A DNA stretch of 64,000 bases from Octopus vulgaris (GCA_951406725.2 OX597829.1:38936001-39000000); one strand, 5' to 3'; shown: positions 11,985 through 26,575, numbered from the stretch's first letter. The notes: a model not told the origin generated them from the sequence alone. Program-made: numbers and translations.

Positions 11985-12138
11985 GTACATACATACATAT
12001 ATATACACACATATATATACATATACAATATACACACACATATATATATATACACATATATATATATACACATATATATATATATATATACACATATATA
12101 TATATATATATACACACATACATATATACACATACATA

Positions 12139-12234
<96 letters not shown>

Positions 12235-12245
12235 CATATATACAC

Positions 12246-12284
<39 letters not shown>

Positions 12285-12795
12285 CATATACATACATATA
12301 TATACATACATACATATACATACATATACATACATACATATACATACATACATATACATACATACATATATATACATACATATACATACATACATATACA
12401 TATATACATACATACACATATATACATACATACATATACATATATACATACATACATATACATAAATACATACACATACATACATACATACACATACATA
12501 CATACACACATACATACATATACATACATATATATACATACATACATATACATACATATATATACATACATACATATACATACATACATATACATACATA
12601 TATATACATACATACATATACATACATATATATACATACATACATATACATACATATACATACATATATATACATACGTATATATACATACATATATATA
12701 CATACATACATATACATACATATACATACATATACATACATACATATATATACATATATACACATATATATATATACATACATACATATACATAC

Positions 12796-12854
<59 letters not shown>

Positions 12855-12973
12855 CATATATATACATACATACATACATATACATACATACATACATATA
12901 TATACATACATACATATATATACATACATACATATATATACATACATACATATATATACATACATACATATAT

Positions 12974-13020
<47 letters not shown>

Positions 13021-13026
13021 CAAACA
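11985..13026. repeat. ~1-kb mixed TA/CATA microsatellite
   Basis: Visible directly; source of the spurious 348-379 aa ORFs. Confidence 0.97.
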
Positions 13027-13028
13027 TA

Positions 13029-13816
13029 CAGGGTGCAATGGGTAAATTGTCACCATTTTATACTTTTAATTTTGTGCATGCGCATTGTTTTTTTTTATTA
13101 TATCAAGTATACAGTAATGTAGGGTCAGTTGGGCATTGTCTGTGAGAAAAATAGCACCATGACACAATTCACTCTGCCAGAAATTTGGAAACGACATGCT
13201 GAGTGTTTGGGTTTTAATCAGAGGACATGTACCATGAGTGATAAAAATTAAACATCCAGTCAACATCATGATGTTTGGAGTGATCACTAGTGATGGCAAT
13301 GTTATTCTTCCATTCATTTTCCCCACACAGCCTCAGATTCAACAGAGGCCTACATCAAGTGCTTGAAGTAGTTGCTGCCAGAAGACCCTATATCTGACAA
13401 TAGCACTCTGCACTATGGCAAACAAGCAGGAGAACCCAGTCATAGTTGTCAAACAATTTTTGTGACCACATCACCCCTAACTCCTCCAACTGCAATCTCC
13501 ATGTGTGGGATGCAGTTGAGCAAAAGACCAACAAAACTCCTTGTAAAACCAAAGATGAACTGAAGGCAAGGATTATGGCAGCCTTCACCAACTTAAACAA
13601 GGAGACCGTCCAGAAGAGTTGAAGGAGATTCTGAAGTCGTCTAGAGGATGTGGTTGGAGCCAATGGGTGATTTTATTGAATAAATTTACTCTTTAGTCTT
13701 TCAAGATATTTTTATGTAATTTTGGTAAATATATCTGTTAAAATGAGATGTCTGTTAAAATGATCTAGTAAAATGAGATTTTTGAAAATTTAGACAAGTT
13801 TATTCATCACACCCTA
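13029..13816 (+). mobile_element. Internally deleted Tc1/mariner-superfamily element (maT/DD37D-like)
   Basis: TA|CAGGGTG...CACCCT(A)|TA ends; remnants KHPVNIMMFGVITSDGNVILPFIFPH, PNSSNCN (WPPNSPDCNP-like), KTKDELKARIMAAFTNLNKETVQKS, SRLEDVVGANG. Confidence 0.75.
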
Positions 13817-14279
13817 TATATATATGTATATATATACACACATTTATATACATTCATATGCATACACACAATCAACTAGAGTTTCAAATTAAAATAAATA
13901 AATTAAAGTGAATGTTGTCATTTATAATTTCCTTTCATGTGTGTTTTGGGTATCAAATTCCGTTAGTTTCAATGAGTATTATATTCTTTCTTAATTAAAA
14001 CACAAGTATTTATTTCTTATTGCAAAAATTCTTGTTTATTCTAAAAATTACTCCAATTCAAAAGATTTGTAGTATTCCGTTTATTAAGAGTTCAATTTCT
14101 TGCCATTGATTTCTGATCAATGTTCTGTGTAGAATAAATCTGGGGTTAAGTGAATGGGGGTAAAATAAATTATGATAAACATACCACACCTGTTGGATAA
14201 TCACATGCTGAAACAAATAAGATCATGTGACAAACATATGTAAAAACTAAGAGCAATGTCAATGTGTGTGCACATTGAT

Positions 14280-14280
14280 T

Positions 14281-14327
<47 letters not shown>

Positions 14328-14507
14328 ATGTATGTATGTATATATAATGTATGTATGTATATATATATGTGTGTATATATATATATATATATGTGTGTAT
14401 GTATATATATATGTATGTAGACATATATATATATATATATGTGTGTATGTATATATATATATGTATATATACATATATGTATATATATGTACACACACAC
14501 ACACACA
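14280..14507. repeat. (TA)n/(TG)n microsatellite
   Basis: Visible directly. Confidence 0.95.
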
Positions 14508-14993
14508 GTGTTGAATGGCCCAAATTTCAACAACTAGTTTCATTTAAGTACGAAAATTTTAACAATCCATTCATCACTGAGTTATGAAAATGTCCAACCA
14601 CAGGTTTTGTATAAAATATTCTCATTTCAGCAATACAGTATCACATTATTAATATGATATTAACTATAATGGGGTGAAACCTGGAATTCAAAGAAACTAG
14701 TGGTGATCTTGGCCAAGAAAAATAAGTTAATTTAAAGTTTAGAAGATTAGTAAATTTTGACACTGAATATTCGGATAAGATTTTTTAACACTTTGAAAGT
14801 GAGATAATTAAGAAAGAAACTGAGGTTGAGGGGTAGATTTGGTGAGAAGCAAAGTGGCTAAACAAATGGGGTGGTGTGAGAGGGTGAGAAATCCAAGGTT
14901 TCAAGGTGAAGGGAGAAAGAGAAGGGTCAAAAAGTTTGGTAGGAAAGTAGATATACATCTCACAAGCAAACAAAGAAATAGATATCGGGTTGT

Positions 14994-15028
<35 letters not shown>

Positions 15029-15464
15029 GAAAGATGGACAAGAAGCTGAATAGATACAATAAATCAAACTGAGACCGGAATTACAGTTTATAACAGGTTA
15101 AAAGTATTCTGGGTAGGTAGGTTGACAAAGGTCAGGTGGAAGATTATGCACATTTACAGACACACACAGATACACTCATTCATATATACATAGTTACATA
15201 AAAACCCTCATCTATATTTTCTTACAATTTTCATAAGGAATACACTTTACTAATCTTCAGAACTTAATGCTAAAATAGAATATTTTATGAAGCAAAAAAC
15301 CAAATGGTTAAATTTCATATCAATACATTTGAAAGTCAAATTGTTAGCTCAGGTGGGTGGAATTTCTATGCAGTGACCAGCAAACAATCAACTGGTTCTT
15401 GTTACAGAAAAAATTGTAATAACTGATTTGTGTGAACTGATCCAAACTGATCTCATATCCCTAC

Positions 15465-15505
<41 letters not shown>

Positions 15506-15678
15506 ACGCATGCATGCACACATGTGTGTGTGTATATATATACATGTCCTCATCACCATCATTGTTTAACATCTGCTTTCCATGCTAGCATGGGAGTATA
15601 TATGTGCGTGTGTATGTGAGTGTGTGTGTATATATATATATATGTTTATACATATGTGTGTGTGTGTGTGTGTATATA

Positions 15679-16860
15679 ATCATCATTTAACGTCTGCTTT
15701 CCATGCTGGCATGGGTTGGATGGTTTGACTGGGGACTGGAGAGCCAGATGGCTGCACCAGGCTCCAATCTGATCTGGCAGAGTTTCTACAGCTGGATGCC
15801 CTTCCTAACGCCAACCACTCCGAGAGTGTAGTGAGTGCTTTTATGTGCCACTAGTATGAGGGCCAGTCAGGCAGTACTGGCAACGGCCATGCTCAAATGG
15901 TGTTTCTTACATGCTACCTGCACAGGAGCCAGCCCAGCAGCACTGGCAACAACCTTGCTCGAATGTTGTTTTTCATGTGCCACCGGTATGGTGCCAGTAA
16001 GGTGACACTGGTAATGACCACGCTTGAATGGTGCTTTTTACATGTCACTGGCACAGAAGCCAGTCAGTGGCCCTGGCACCGATCATGCTCGGATGGTGCT
16101 CTTAGTGCTCCACTGGCATGGATGCCAGTCAAGCAGTGCTGTCATCGAATTTGATATTGATTTCACTTGCCTCAACAAGTCTTCGCAAGCAGAGTTTAGT
16201 GTTCAAAGAAAGAAAGGTACGCATAAGTGGGCTGGTTACACCACTGGCATAGGCCACAAAGTTATGGTCTCACTTGGCTTGCCGGGTCTTCTCAAGCACA
16301 GCATATTTCCAAAGGTCTCAGTCACTAGTCATAGCCTCGGTGAGGCCTAATGTTCGAAGGTCGTGCTTCACTATCTCATCCCAGGTTTCCTGGGTCTACC
16401 TCTTCCACAGGTTCCCTCAACCACTAGGGTGTGACACCTCTTCACACAGCTATCCACATCCATTCATGCCACATGACCATACCAGCGCAGTTATCTCTCA
16501 AGGCACTTCGACTCTTGAGTATGCACACTGACATTACACATCCAGCGGAGCATACTCGCTTCGTTCCTTGCAAGCTTACACATGTCCTCTGCAATCATAG
16601 CCCATGTTTCACTGCCATGTAGCATGGCTGTTTGTACACTATGTCATACAGTCTACCTTTTACTCTGAGCAAGAGGTCCTTTGTCACAAGCAGAGGTAGG
16701 AGCTCTCTGAACTTTGCCCAGGCTATTCTTATTCTAGCAGCTACACTTTCAGAGCACCCTCCCCTACAACTGACTTGGTCAACTAGGTAACGGAAGCTAA
16801 CAACTATTTCTAGTTTTTCTCCCTGGAATGTGGCAGAAGTTGTTCTCCGCACATTTTCAG
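15679..16860 (-). mobile_element. 5'-truncated RTE-clade LINE (RT C-terminus, 3' UTR, (GAT)n tail)
   Basis: ORF 16595-16852: GEKLEIVVSFRYLVDQVSCRGGCSESVAARIRIAWAKFRELLPLLVTK...RVKGRLYD, a typical RTE post-RT region, contiguous with the abundant 3' UTR repeat. Confidence 0.9.
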
Positions 16861-17189
16861 AGTTTATATACTTCCTCGGTTAGTATTCTGTAATAATCTA
16901 TAATAGTTATATGTAAAATCCGTTATATTGTCTAGTATTCCAAATATAGTTCATATACTTAGATAATATAGAATAATGGAATCCTATATTGATAAGCATT
17001 TATAGATAACTCTTCTTCTCTTCAGTAATATCAAATGTGAAATTTGTATAATTTAACGAATGATAGGGTTTTTTTTTTTTTAATTATGAAGCAATATGGG
17101 AAAATGGTGTTTATTTGAAATATAAATTAAAAATTACTGCTTTTGATTTTGGTAAATACACTTTAGTATGAGAATCTTGAAATTCATAT

Positions 17190-18149
17190 ATGAAAGTAAT
17201 GACAGCCTTTGAGAAAGAGGGAAAAACCTCCTTGTCTGGAAGAAAACCAAAATTTGGACTCTTACATAAATTGGTAGAAAGAATCACAAAAGTACAGCTC
17301 CCAAAATTACTGCAGAGCTTAATGACTGCCTCGAGAACCCAGTTTCCACAAAAACTGTTCACTGGAAGCTGCACAAAGCTACATTTCATGGGAGGGCTGC
17401 AATCAGAAAACCACTCCTTTAAAAACTAATGTTTCAAAGTGTTTAGAGTGGAGTAAAAACCTACCGAATTGGTCCCTAGAGCAGTGGAAGAATGTTATTT
17501 TCTTGGAAGAGTCATCCTTTACCTTATTTCCAACCACCGACCAAGTATACATGTGGAGACAACCAAAGGAATCATTTGACCCAGACTGCCTTTTCCAACT
17601 GTTAAACATGGAGTATTTGTGATGGTCGGGGCGGAGGGGGGGCTATATCTTGGAAATCTCCTGGCCCAATGGTTACCCTTCATGGTGGAATTAATAGTCA
17701 AGACTATTTTAGCATTTTATCTGATCAAATTCATCCTATGGTTGCAGAACTGTTTCCGGAGGGGAAAACAATCTTTCAAAATGATAATGCACAGCTAAAG
17801 TTGTTGCTGAATAACTGATAAGATGTTCAACTTCACTAGAACATTCTAGTGAAGTTGAACATCTTATCTGACCACCACAGTCCCCAGATCTCAATATTAT
17901 TCAACATTTATGGTGCATTTTAGAAAAACAAGTAAGGAGCCGATATCCTCCACTATCATCACTACGAGAACTGGCGACGATTTTAGCTGAAGAATGGACA
18001 AAAATTCCTTTGGAAACAATTCAAACTTTGTATGAGTCCATACCTCATAGAATTCAAGTTGTAATTACTACCAAAGGCGGTCCTCCTCCATATTAAAATG
18101 AATTTGTTTGAAAAAATTTCAAGGCGTTTCCATTATTTTGTCCAACCCC

Positions 18150-18152
<3 letters not shown>
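17190..18152 (+). mobile_element. Tc1-family (DD34E-type) transposase relic with right end
   Basis: Frameshifted GRAAIRKPLL, WKNVIFLEESSF, PTVKHG, IFQNDNA, PPQSPDLNIIQHLW, YESIPHRIQVVITTKGG; ends ATTATTTTGTCCAACCCCT then TA. Confidence 0.9.
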
Positions 18153-18203
<51 letters not shown>

Positions 18204-18446
18204 CATATGTGTATGCAATTGGCTTCTTTCAGTTTCTGTCTACCAAATCCACTCAGAAGGATTTGCCCAAGGTGTCATGCAGTGGGACTGAATCCGGAAC
18301 CATGTGGTTGGGAAGCAAGCGTCTTGTCACATGGCCAATCCTGCACCTGTATATATTTATCTATAGAAACCAAAGTTATTTTATTCCACACAAGTAGAAA
18401 TAGAAGGAAAATAGAAGTTGAAAATGCACTGAGAATAGTTAAAATA

Positions 18447-18817
18447 TCTGTATATATATAAATGGCAAAATGTCTGTCTGTCTGTGTGTGTGTGTGTATC
18501 CTTTATACAATTTTTCAGTTAGAGGGTTCGCACTTTCTATGGTCATTCAAAACCGTCCAAGGGTGGTCGTGCACATCTTTACATTTCCCCAGTCACCCCG
18601 CAAAGCCATTAAAAAATCAACAAAAGTGACTTTTTTGTGAATTTTCTATCCAAAACCCAATCAAAATGCCCAAAACTTGATTACGCCAATTCAATGCCAG
18701 CTAGCTGTATGTGATTGGTCGGAGATTTGGACAGTACTCGCATGTATGTGCGCATGCACGCAGCTGAATATGCATGCATTAGCACTATGACCCAGTGTTG
18801 CCGGGTCATAGTGCTAA
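18447..18817 (+). mobile_element. Non-autonomous Helitron-like element
   Basis: A|TC(T/G)TATATAT start, internal CTGT/GT repeat, 3' GC-rich hairpin, CTAA|T end, no target duplication. Confidence 0.7.
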
Positions 18818-20355
18818 TATTTTATTAAAATATTTGAAGCTTTAACTGGTTTCACAGTTTACGCTGATTTGCAATAAGTTCAAATAGAAAGACACGGCTT
18901 ATGTCACAGCTATCTTGCTTCTAACTAGTGTTTGAAGTTTGACCTGTTTTTATAGGGAGTTCATGGCTCAAATTAGTGTTTTGACAAGGGTTTGATTGGT
19001 AGAGGACAGTCACATGATTGGTCTTAGAAACCTTTGTAGATCCCCCCACCCCCCACCTGCTATGTCTGTGTGTTAGTATCAAGGAACAATTTTTGGTGTC
19101 ATAAGTCCAAACAATCAATGCTCTGAATGTTTTCTGTCAAGTGTTTGTAGGGAATGAACACATGATTAAGTTTATAACCTTTTGTTCCCTGCTATGTCCG
19201 TGCATTAATGTCATATGACAGAATATTTTGCACCTAAAAAGAAGGCTGACACGGTTGAGTGAACATGTTTAGTTATAAACAAGGCACTCCAAATTTAATC
19301 TGTTTGATGGGAGAGTGGACAGCAGTTGTTTGCATGTAGTCCAGTGGCTAAAGTGGCCGTGTAGGTTCCTTATGATAAATGGCAGAATGAATTTTGTGCA
19401 TGGATAGTTTTCTGTGTATGTATATACTCTGTTAAAGTTTGTTATGTCTTGGGTTGTACTTTTGTATGAATGTGTACACACACACACACACACACATATG
19501 CAAAACATGGTGGAAAAAATAGTACTTGATTACCAAAGGCAGAGTAATATGCTTCTATTAAATCTACAAAATTATCACAAGACTGTTAATCAGAGCTTCA
19601 CATTTCTATTCATTGGACAGTTGTGATCACAACTCTCCAATGAACTGTGGAAGATTTTTATAGCTTTAGTAAAAGTATGTATACATATAAGTATATATAT
19701 AATGTATACATGTATATAGGCATGGATATGTAAAATTAACATGTAAGCATTTGTTCTTTCTATGTGTAAACAGATCAATATCAATGAAATCAGAAAAACT
19801 GAATGGAAAGGAAAAGAAAGCGAGCAGAACTGAGAAGGTTAAATGGATATTAATTAATCATTATATATTTCATTAATTAATCATTTCTCTTATTAACAAA
19901 GATACATGGAGGAGCCAGTAATTAATTATAGGTTTAAGTGGATGACGGATAGATCAACTACATCAATCACACCAGTCTGGGACAGCTTTTAAGGATTAAT
20001 GTCGACTGTTCCATCTTGTAACAGACTAATTAAGACAATAAGACAAAATTTCGAAAATGAATGTAAATATGTACTAATGGTTTGACACATCTACACAGAA
20101 ATAAATCTGTGTGTGTGTGTTTGTTAACCTGTATGTATACATGTATGTGCATTTATGTGTATGCAGGCATGTGCACGTGTGTGTGTGTGTGTGCGTGCAA
20201 GCGTGCACATAAATCTACATTAATAAGATGTAATAAGCTGTCTTTAAATCTGTTTAGAGTTTTAAGATCTTTTTGTTTACTTTAAATTTATCTTTTACAC
20301 ACACACACACACACACATACATACACACACATGCATGTGTGTGTGTATGTGTCAT

Positions 20356-21210
20356 AATCATCATCATCATTATTATCATCCTTTAACCCTTTAATTACTG
20401 TATTTCTGTTGAGATGCTCTGTGTTTCTTTCAATTAATTTTAAATATAACAAAGAATTTAGTAAAATAACTTAGTTATCATTCAGCTAGTGTTAGGAACA
20501 TAAATTGTGACTAAAGCTTGGTGGAAGATTTTAGTTCAAAACTCATGAAAACAAGACATTTGTATTCAGAGCCAGTTTCAGCCAGGTTGGTAACGAAAGG
20601 GTTAATGTCAGTTTTCCATGCTGGCATATGTTGGACAGTTTGACCAGAGCTGGCAAGCTGGAGTGCCATACCCAGTTGCAGTCTGATTTGGTTTGGTTTC
20701 TATAGCTGGATGCCCTTCCTAACACCAACCACTTTACAGTTTGTGCTGGGTGCTTTTAACATGGCACCAGTATGAGCATTTTACATGGTACCAGCATGAC
20801 CGCTTTTTACATGGCACTGGAACAAGACTCTTTCAGGCCAAGGTGAATGGCCTTAACACTTCTGCTGTGGAGGACAGGTCTTCTTGACTACAGTAAGGCA
20901 CCACATATCTCAGTCCTTTCTTATCTCATACTTCAGTACTTTGGGACACATGATGTATCTGCATCATGTGACCAAACCAGTGCAGTCTTCTCTCTTGCAC
21001 ACTACATCTAATTTCTCTTATGCCTAGCTTCTCTCTCAATACACTAGCACTCTGTTGAACATATAACTTACATTATACATCCAGCAGAGCATACTAGCCT
21101 CATTCCTCTTGAGCCTCTGCATATCCTCTGCATTCAGGACCCATGACTCAGTACCATGTATAATTGCTGTTTGTATATATGTATCATACAATCTTCTCTT
21201 TTCACTCATG
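20356..21210 (-). mobile_element. Old RTE-clade LINE fragment interrupted by a piggyBac-type MITE
   Basis: (CAT)n tail and 3' UTR homology; 20950-21210 resembles 16450-16670. Confidence 0.65.
20387..20601. mobile_element. piggyBac-type MITE
   Basis: TTAA|CCCTTT...AAAGGG|TTAA, inserted at the TTAA of the RTE tail; same family as 42775-42995. Confidence 0.85.
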
Positions 21211-21389
21211 ATTGGAGATCTTCAGAGGTACAACATCACCTTGGAAGATGTGGAGGAGCTGGTAAAGGGCCACCGGTGATGGAGAGCAATGATGGACCAA
21301 GTCAGCTCAATGCATGATGATGCCTCTAAGACCACTAACTTGAAATGGCCCCAGCCGCATCAGCCAAGAGCATGAAACCAATAAACTAA

Positions 21390-21620
21390 GTGGCGAGCTG
21401 GCAGAAACGTTAGCATGCCGGGCAAAATGCTTAGCAGAATTTCATCTGCCGCTATGTTCTGAGTTCAAACTCTGCCGAGGTCAACTTTGCCTTTCATCCT
21501 TTTGGGGTCAATTAAAGAATTACCAGTTACACACTGGGGTCAATATAATCGACTTAATCAGTTTGTCTGTCCTTGTTTGTCCCCTCTGTGTGTAGCCACT
21601 TGTGGGCAGTAAAGAAATAA
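21390..21620 (+). mobile_element. SINE family B with 13-bp target-site duplication
   Basis: GAAACCAATAAAC at 21374-21386 and 21621-21633. Confidence 0.85.
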
Positions 21621-21634
21621 GAAACCAATAAACC

Positions 21635-21911
21635 AAGCCAAGCCATTTATATTCTAGCTATTGCACTCTCCGTACATCTCCAACTACTAATTTGGCCACA
21701 ACCTCTAGAGAGCCTCGGAGGTATTTGAGAAGATCAGTTTCTTGAGTATCCAGTTTCTTTGGCTCCTACGCATCTTCCACATACAGGCACTCCTTTCTCT
21801 GATAACCTTCCTATTATTCCGCAACACCTCTTGTGTGTCCATAGCTTATGTTGGGCGAATGGAATTCCTGTATGGAATTTCTGCCTGCACCTTGCCTATA
21901 TGTGTGCATAT

Positions 21912-21915
<4 letters not shown>
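21635..21915 (-). mobile_element. Old RTE-clade fragment with Cys/His finger insert in RT
   Basis: Minus frames GAGRNSIQ, KLWTHKRCCGIIGRLSEKGVPVCGRC and CTESAIARI..AW, the last matching CSESVAARIRIAW near 16730. Confidence 0.7.
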
Positions 21916-21954
<39 letters not shown>

Positions 21955-22331
21955 AAGCTGAAGTTGTCTGTGTGTGGCACGTTTGGTAGCCTTCAACTAA
22001 CACTATCTCCTTAGAGACCCTGCGGCGCAAGTTGACCAAAATTGAGAGTATGATCGAAGAAGGCTTGCTCTTCCTTCTCTAGAAGAAAAAATTCAAATCG
22101 GACCATGTTAACACCAAAAATTATTTACATCAAAAAGGTACTTTTTTCTATGAAAATCCCTATTTTTACGATTTTTTTGACTGCTGTGTCGCCATTTTTC
22201 GGTGTATTTCAACCAGAAAACTGTTCACTTAAAGAGAATAACAAGCTACATAATGCAAAATTTTTACTTTTCAAAAATTCCAATTCTAAAGGGTTGAAAC
22301 AAACCCGAGCAATGCCAGGTGATACTGCTAG
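21916..22331 (+). mobile_element. Non-autonomous Helitron-like element, second family
   Basis: (TA)n-AAAGCTGAAG start; CCCGAGCAATGCCAGG hairpin remnant then CTAG|T. Confidence 0.7.
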
Positions 22332-22980
22332 TGTGTGTGTGTGTATATATATATGTGCATAAATAACACACACACCTTCAGACAAATACACACACAAACA
22401 CAAATAAATAAATAGATGTTATTATATAAGTACATACATTCACAAAAGCACACATATCCTTAAGAAAGATTAAGTTTGTGGTTGGGAGTGTATACGTATA
22501 TGTTTTCATTTAACAAAAGAGTACATGATAATATTCCCATAATTCTTTAATTATTTTATATTATGTTCATGAATCAAATCTTATTTAAACATTAAAAAAA
22601 AAAAAAAAAAAAAAACTGATTCACAGTTGAATCCAAGCTCAACAATAAATAAGCATCCATTTATTCACAACATACACTTTACATGTGTGTAGTTAACATG
22701 AAAGAGCTTTTATGTAGGTACATAGTCTCCTGCTGACAACAAAGAGAACAAGACAAACAGATTATAAGACTTATACACATAACAGAATGTCGTATATTGT
22801 GTGGTGGAAAGCTTATGATTAGAGTGAGTGTGTGTCATCGTCATCATTTAACGTCCATTTTCCATGCTAGCATTGATTGGATGGTTTGACAGGAGCTGGC
22901 TAGGCAGAAAACTGCACCAGGCTTCACTGTCTACTTTGGTAGGGTTTTTGTGGCTGGATGCCCTTTCTAACACCAACCAT

Positions 22981-23211
22981 TGGTGAGCTGGCAGAATTGT
23001 TACCACGCCGGGTGAAATGCTTAGCAGTATTTCATCTGCCGCTACGTTCTGAGTTCAAATTCCGCCAAGGTTGACTTTGCCTTTCATCCTTTTGGGGTCA
23101 ATTAAATAAGTACCAGTTATGCATTGGGGGTCAATATAATCGACTTAATCTGTTTGTCTGTCCTTGTTTGTCCCCTCTGTGTGTAGCCCCTTGTGGGCAG
23201 TAAAGAAATAA
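22981..23211 (+). mobile_element. SINE family B
   Basis: Homologous to 3061-3291. Confidence 0.85.
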
Positions 23212-23277
23212 GAGAGTGTGTGTGTGTGTGTGTGTGTATAAATAATTTTACAGAGATGCTTTTATTTTTAGTATCCT

Positions 23278-23315
<38 letters not shown>

Positions 23316-23562
23316 GAAAGAAAATGCATACAGAAATTGATGAGTGTTTAAGAAGTTCACTTTTGACCACGTGGTTTCAGGTTCAGTCTTACCTTCCAAC
23401 ACTTAGAGCAAGTATCATTAATTATAGCCTTAAGCCAGTAAAAACTGTAAGTAAACTTGATAGGCAAAAAGAAAAAAAAAAGTGAAAGCCTTGACAACCA
23501 ACCAGTAGTGGTTTGTTTATGTCTCCATAACTAAGAAAAAATAGAATAAGTACCAGATTTAA

Positions 23563-23776
23563 CCCTTTGGCATTCAAACCGGCCATGTCCAGCCTAGATA
23601 TTCTGCCTCCTTTATGTTCAAACTGGCCAGATCTTGTCTCTCACACTCACCCTACAATGTCCTTCTAAACATAAGCAATCACATCATGAAAATCTCAAAG
23701 CTATAAGAAGATGCATGATTAATTCAAAACAATGTGAATAAATAAGCTTTGACAGAATAATCTGAATGCTAAGAGA
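23563..23776. mobile_element. piggyBac-type MITE, second family
   Basis: TTAA|CCCTTTGGCATTCA...TGAATGCTAAGAGA|TTAA; degenerate relatives at 56205-56420 and 56430-56935. Confidence 0.65.
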
Positions 23777-23946
23777 TTAAAGAAAATATCTAATAGCAAT
23801 GATTTGTTCAGTAGTCCAATGACAAGTAAAAAAGAACTTGTGCAGCTACAGCAATAACAATTAATATTGTATAAAGATACAAAATATAGTGCTTTTACAG
23901 GCTTCTTAAGGTGTGTTATTGTGTTAAGTTCACAAATAGAATACCT

Positions 23947-24178
23947 ATTCCTTTACTACCCACAAGGGGCTAAACACAGAGAGGACAAACAAGGACAGAC
24001 AAACGGATTAAGTCGATTACATCGACAGCCAGTGCATAACTGGTACTTATTTAATCGACCCCGAAAGGATGAAAGGCAAAATCGACCTCGGCAGAATTTG
24101 AACTCAGAATGTAATGGCAGACGAAATACGGTACACATTTCGCCCAGCATGCTAACATTTCTGCCAGCTCGCCACCCT
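23947..24178 (-). mobile_element. SINE family B with 12-bp target-site duplication
   Basis: AATAGAATACCT at 23935-23946 and 24179-24190. Confidence 0.85.
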
Positions 24179-24189
24179 AATAGAATACC

Positions 24190-25665
24190 TTGGGGGAGTC
24201 AGTGTTCTGACCTATGACTACATGATCTACCCAATGCAGCAGCCACGACATCACAATTGTGCAGATATTGGGCAGCTTTGCACCAGGGAGCATATCTGAG
24301 TCAGGAATCCTGTTTTTCCATTTATCAAGATTTTTCAGAAGCAGATGGTTTGGAAGTGGCTCAGCTTCCTTGCACACTGTTCACAGACAGTCCATGCTTA
24401 GTAGAGTGAGAAGAGCTTTGGCCCAGTACACTACATCCTCATATTTGTCTTTAGAATGAAGCCTCTCCGATTTCAGACATTCTTGTGAAATCTGCTGAAT
24501 GTGGTTCTGGCCATGTGTGTCTCATATTCTTCTCATCATCATCATCATCATTGTTTAACGTCTGCTTTCCATGCTAGCATGGGTTGGATGAATGACTGAG
24601 GGCTGGTGAACCAGAGGGCTGCACCAGGCTTCAATCTTGATCTGGCAGAGTTTCTACAGCTGGATGCCCTTCCTAATGCCAACCACTCCGAGAGTGTAGT
24701 GGGTGCTTTTATGTGCCACCAGCACAGGGTCAGACAGGCGGTACTGGCAACGACCTCGCTCGAATCTTTTACACATGCCACCGGCACAGGTGCCAGTAAG
24801 GCGATACTGGTAACGATCATGCTTGAATGGTGCCTTTTAAGTGCCACTGGCACAGAAGCCGGTTAGCTGCTCTGTCAATGATCACACTTGTATGGTGCTC
24901 TTTGCACCCCGCTAGCACAGACGCCAGTCATCGAATTTGATTTTGATTTCACTTGCCTCAACAGGTCTTCGCAAGCAGAGTTTTAGTGTCCAAAGAAGGA
25001 CAAGGTGCACATGTGTGGGCTGGTAATGCCGTGAGAACAAGAGAATACACTTCCTAGGTAAGGGAACTTGTACACTACATTCAATTATTACTGGTTGATG
25101 AAGATGTTGGGTTCAGTGCATGTCTTTCTTGGAGCTAGCTGATACATTGCTTCAGACATCCTTGTACTGATTATCACACTGAAATTCTAACAGGTATCAT
25201 AAAAATGCATTATTGTATGTTAGCCTCTGATGGAACAGAGGGCAAAGTCATCAGTAAAGTTATTGATGTTGTCTATTGAAACCTTAGCTTTTGCTTGGAA
25301 TTTCCAAAGGCTGACACTTGAGCCATCAGTGTGTTATCTAATACCAATGCCAATATCTGTGTCTTCAAATTTGAAGACGTCAGTCAGCATGTCTTATAAG
25401 ATAAGTGAATAGAATGGGAGCAAAAACGCAACCCTGTTTTACTCCACTGCAGATAGAGAATGGTTATAATAATCCTGCAATGCCTTAAACCCTAGCTAGC
25501 ATGATGATATATGTCATACAATGGTGATGAATTTTCTAAGGCATCCATATTCTGCTATGAGTTGCCATAGACTTTCTCTATTCTCAGGGTCAAAAATCTT
25601 GGTCAGACTGACATGGATGGAGTACAAGTTAGCATTCTGTTCTTGACATTTCTCTTGGAGCTATC
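24190..25665 (-). mobile_element. BovB-like RTE LINE RT relic, interrupted at ~24535-25025 by an RTE 3' UTR copy
   Basis: Minus frames QEKCQEQNANLY, ESLWQLIAEYGCLRKF, SGVKQGCVFAPIL and TDDFAL (FADD-like). Confidence 0.75.
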
Positions 25666-26544
25666 AAGCATCAAAACACCATTTAATATGGAGTTTACTG
25701 CTAGACAGAAAAGAAAATGTATTAAGAGGTAAAAAGGACAGGTATTTTACAGAAAAATTATAAGATATGATGTTCATACCTTTCTCAATGATATTTGTGT
25801 TACAAATGAAATGAAAATATATATTCAGCCAAGAGATTGTAACCAAGTTTTGGACTTGACCTAGATGTCTAAAATGGGTGGGTGGTTAGTTGGGTGCATG
25901 GGTAGGTAAATAAATGAGACAGACAAATGGATGGGTAGGAGTATAGACAGACATATCACTGGATAGAACAGACATATACATACACACACACACAAACAAG
26001 CAATATATACCAGTCTTTATTATGCATATGTAACAGGAAGGTCAGAAAAAAGGAAGATAGAAAGAATAGTCTAAGAAAAAAAAAAAAGAAAAGACAAAAG
26101 GAAGAAAGGAAAACAAAGAAAGAGAGAAATAAAGAGCCAAGGAAGTTATTGATATCAACAAATGTACAGAAAGGAAAGAAAAAAAAACAAGGAGAAAGAA
26201 AAGAAAGAAGAAATGAAAAAAAAAAATAAAGCTGGAAGGAAAGAACAAGAGAAGTTTATTTAATCAATAATTTTGTAGGGAAATGTCAAAAAAGAAAAGT
26301 TTGTTTAGCTTTTAAATGTCCATTTCTAAATATCAATCGATATATGATGTCGTTGCCAGAGGTTACAACATAAGAATTACCAAAGCATTTTTACCAGCAA
26401 ACCAATCAGGTTTCTTTGAATATTTTTCACCAGATCAATCACTCAATGACATATTTGCAATTAAAAAAAAAACATTTAATAAAAATTTGCAACAACATAA
26501 AATGCTGCCTCTGATAAATATTCCTATCATGTATTTTCATCTCA

Positions 26545-26575
<31 letters not shown>

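Noticed and set aside
11917-13056. ORFs of 348-379 aa rich in Y/I/C/M/V
   Set aside because: Microsatellite translation, open in several frames
22715-22760. Possible minus-strand microexon after TTCTCTTTGTTGTCAG
   Set aside because: Weak donor (GTACCT) and no supporting frame evidence
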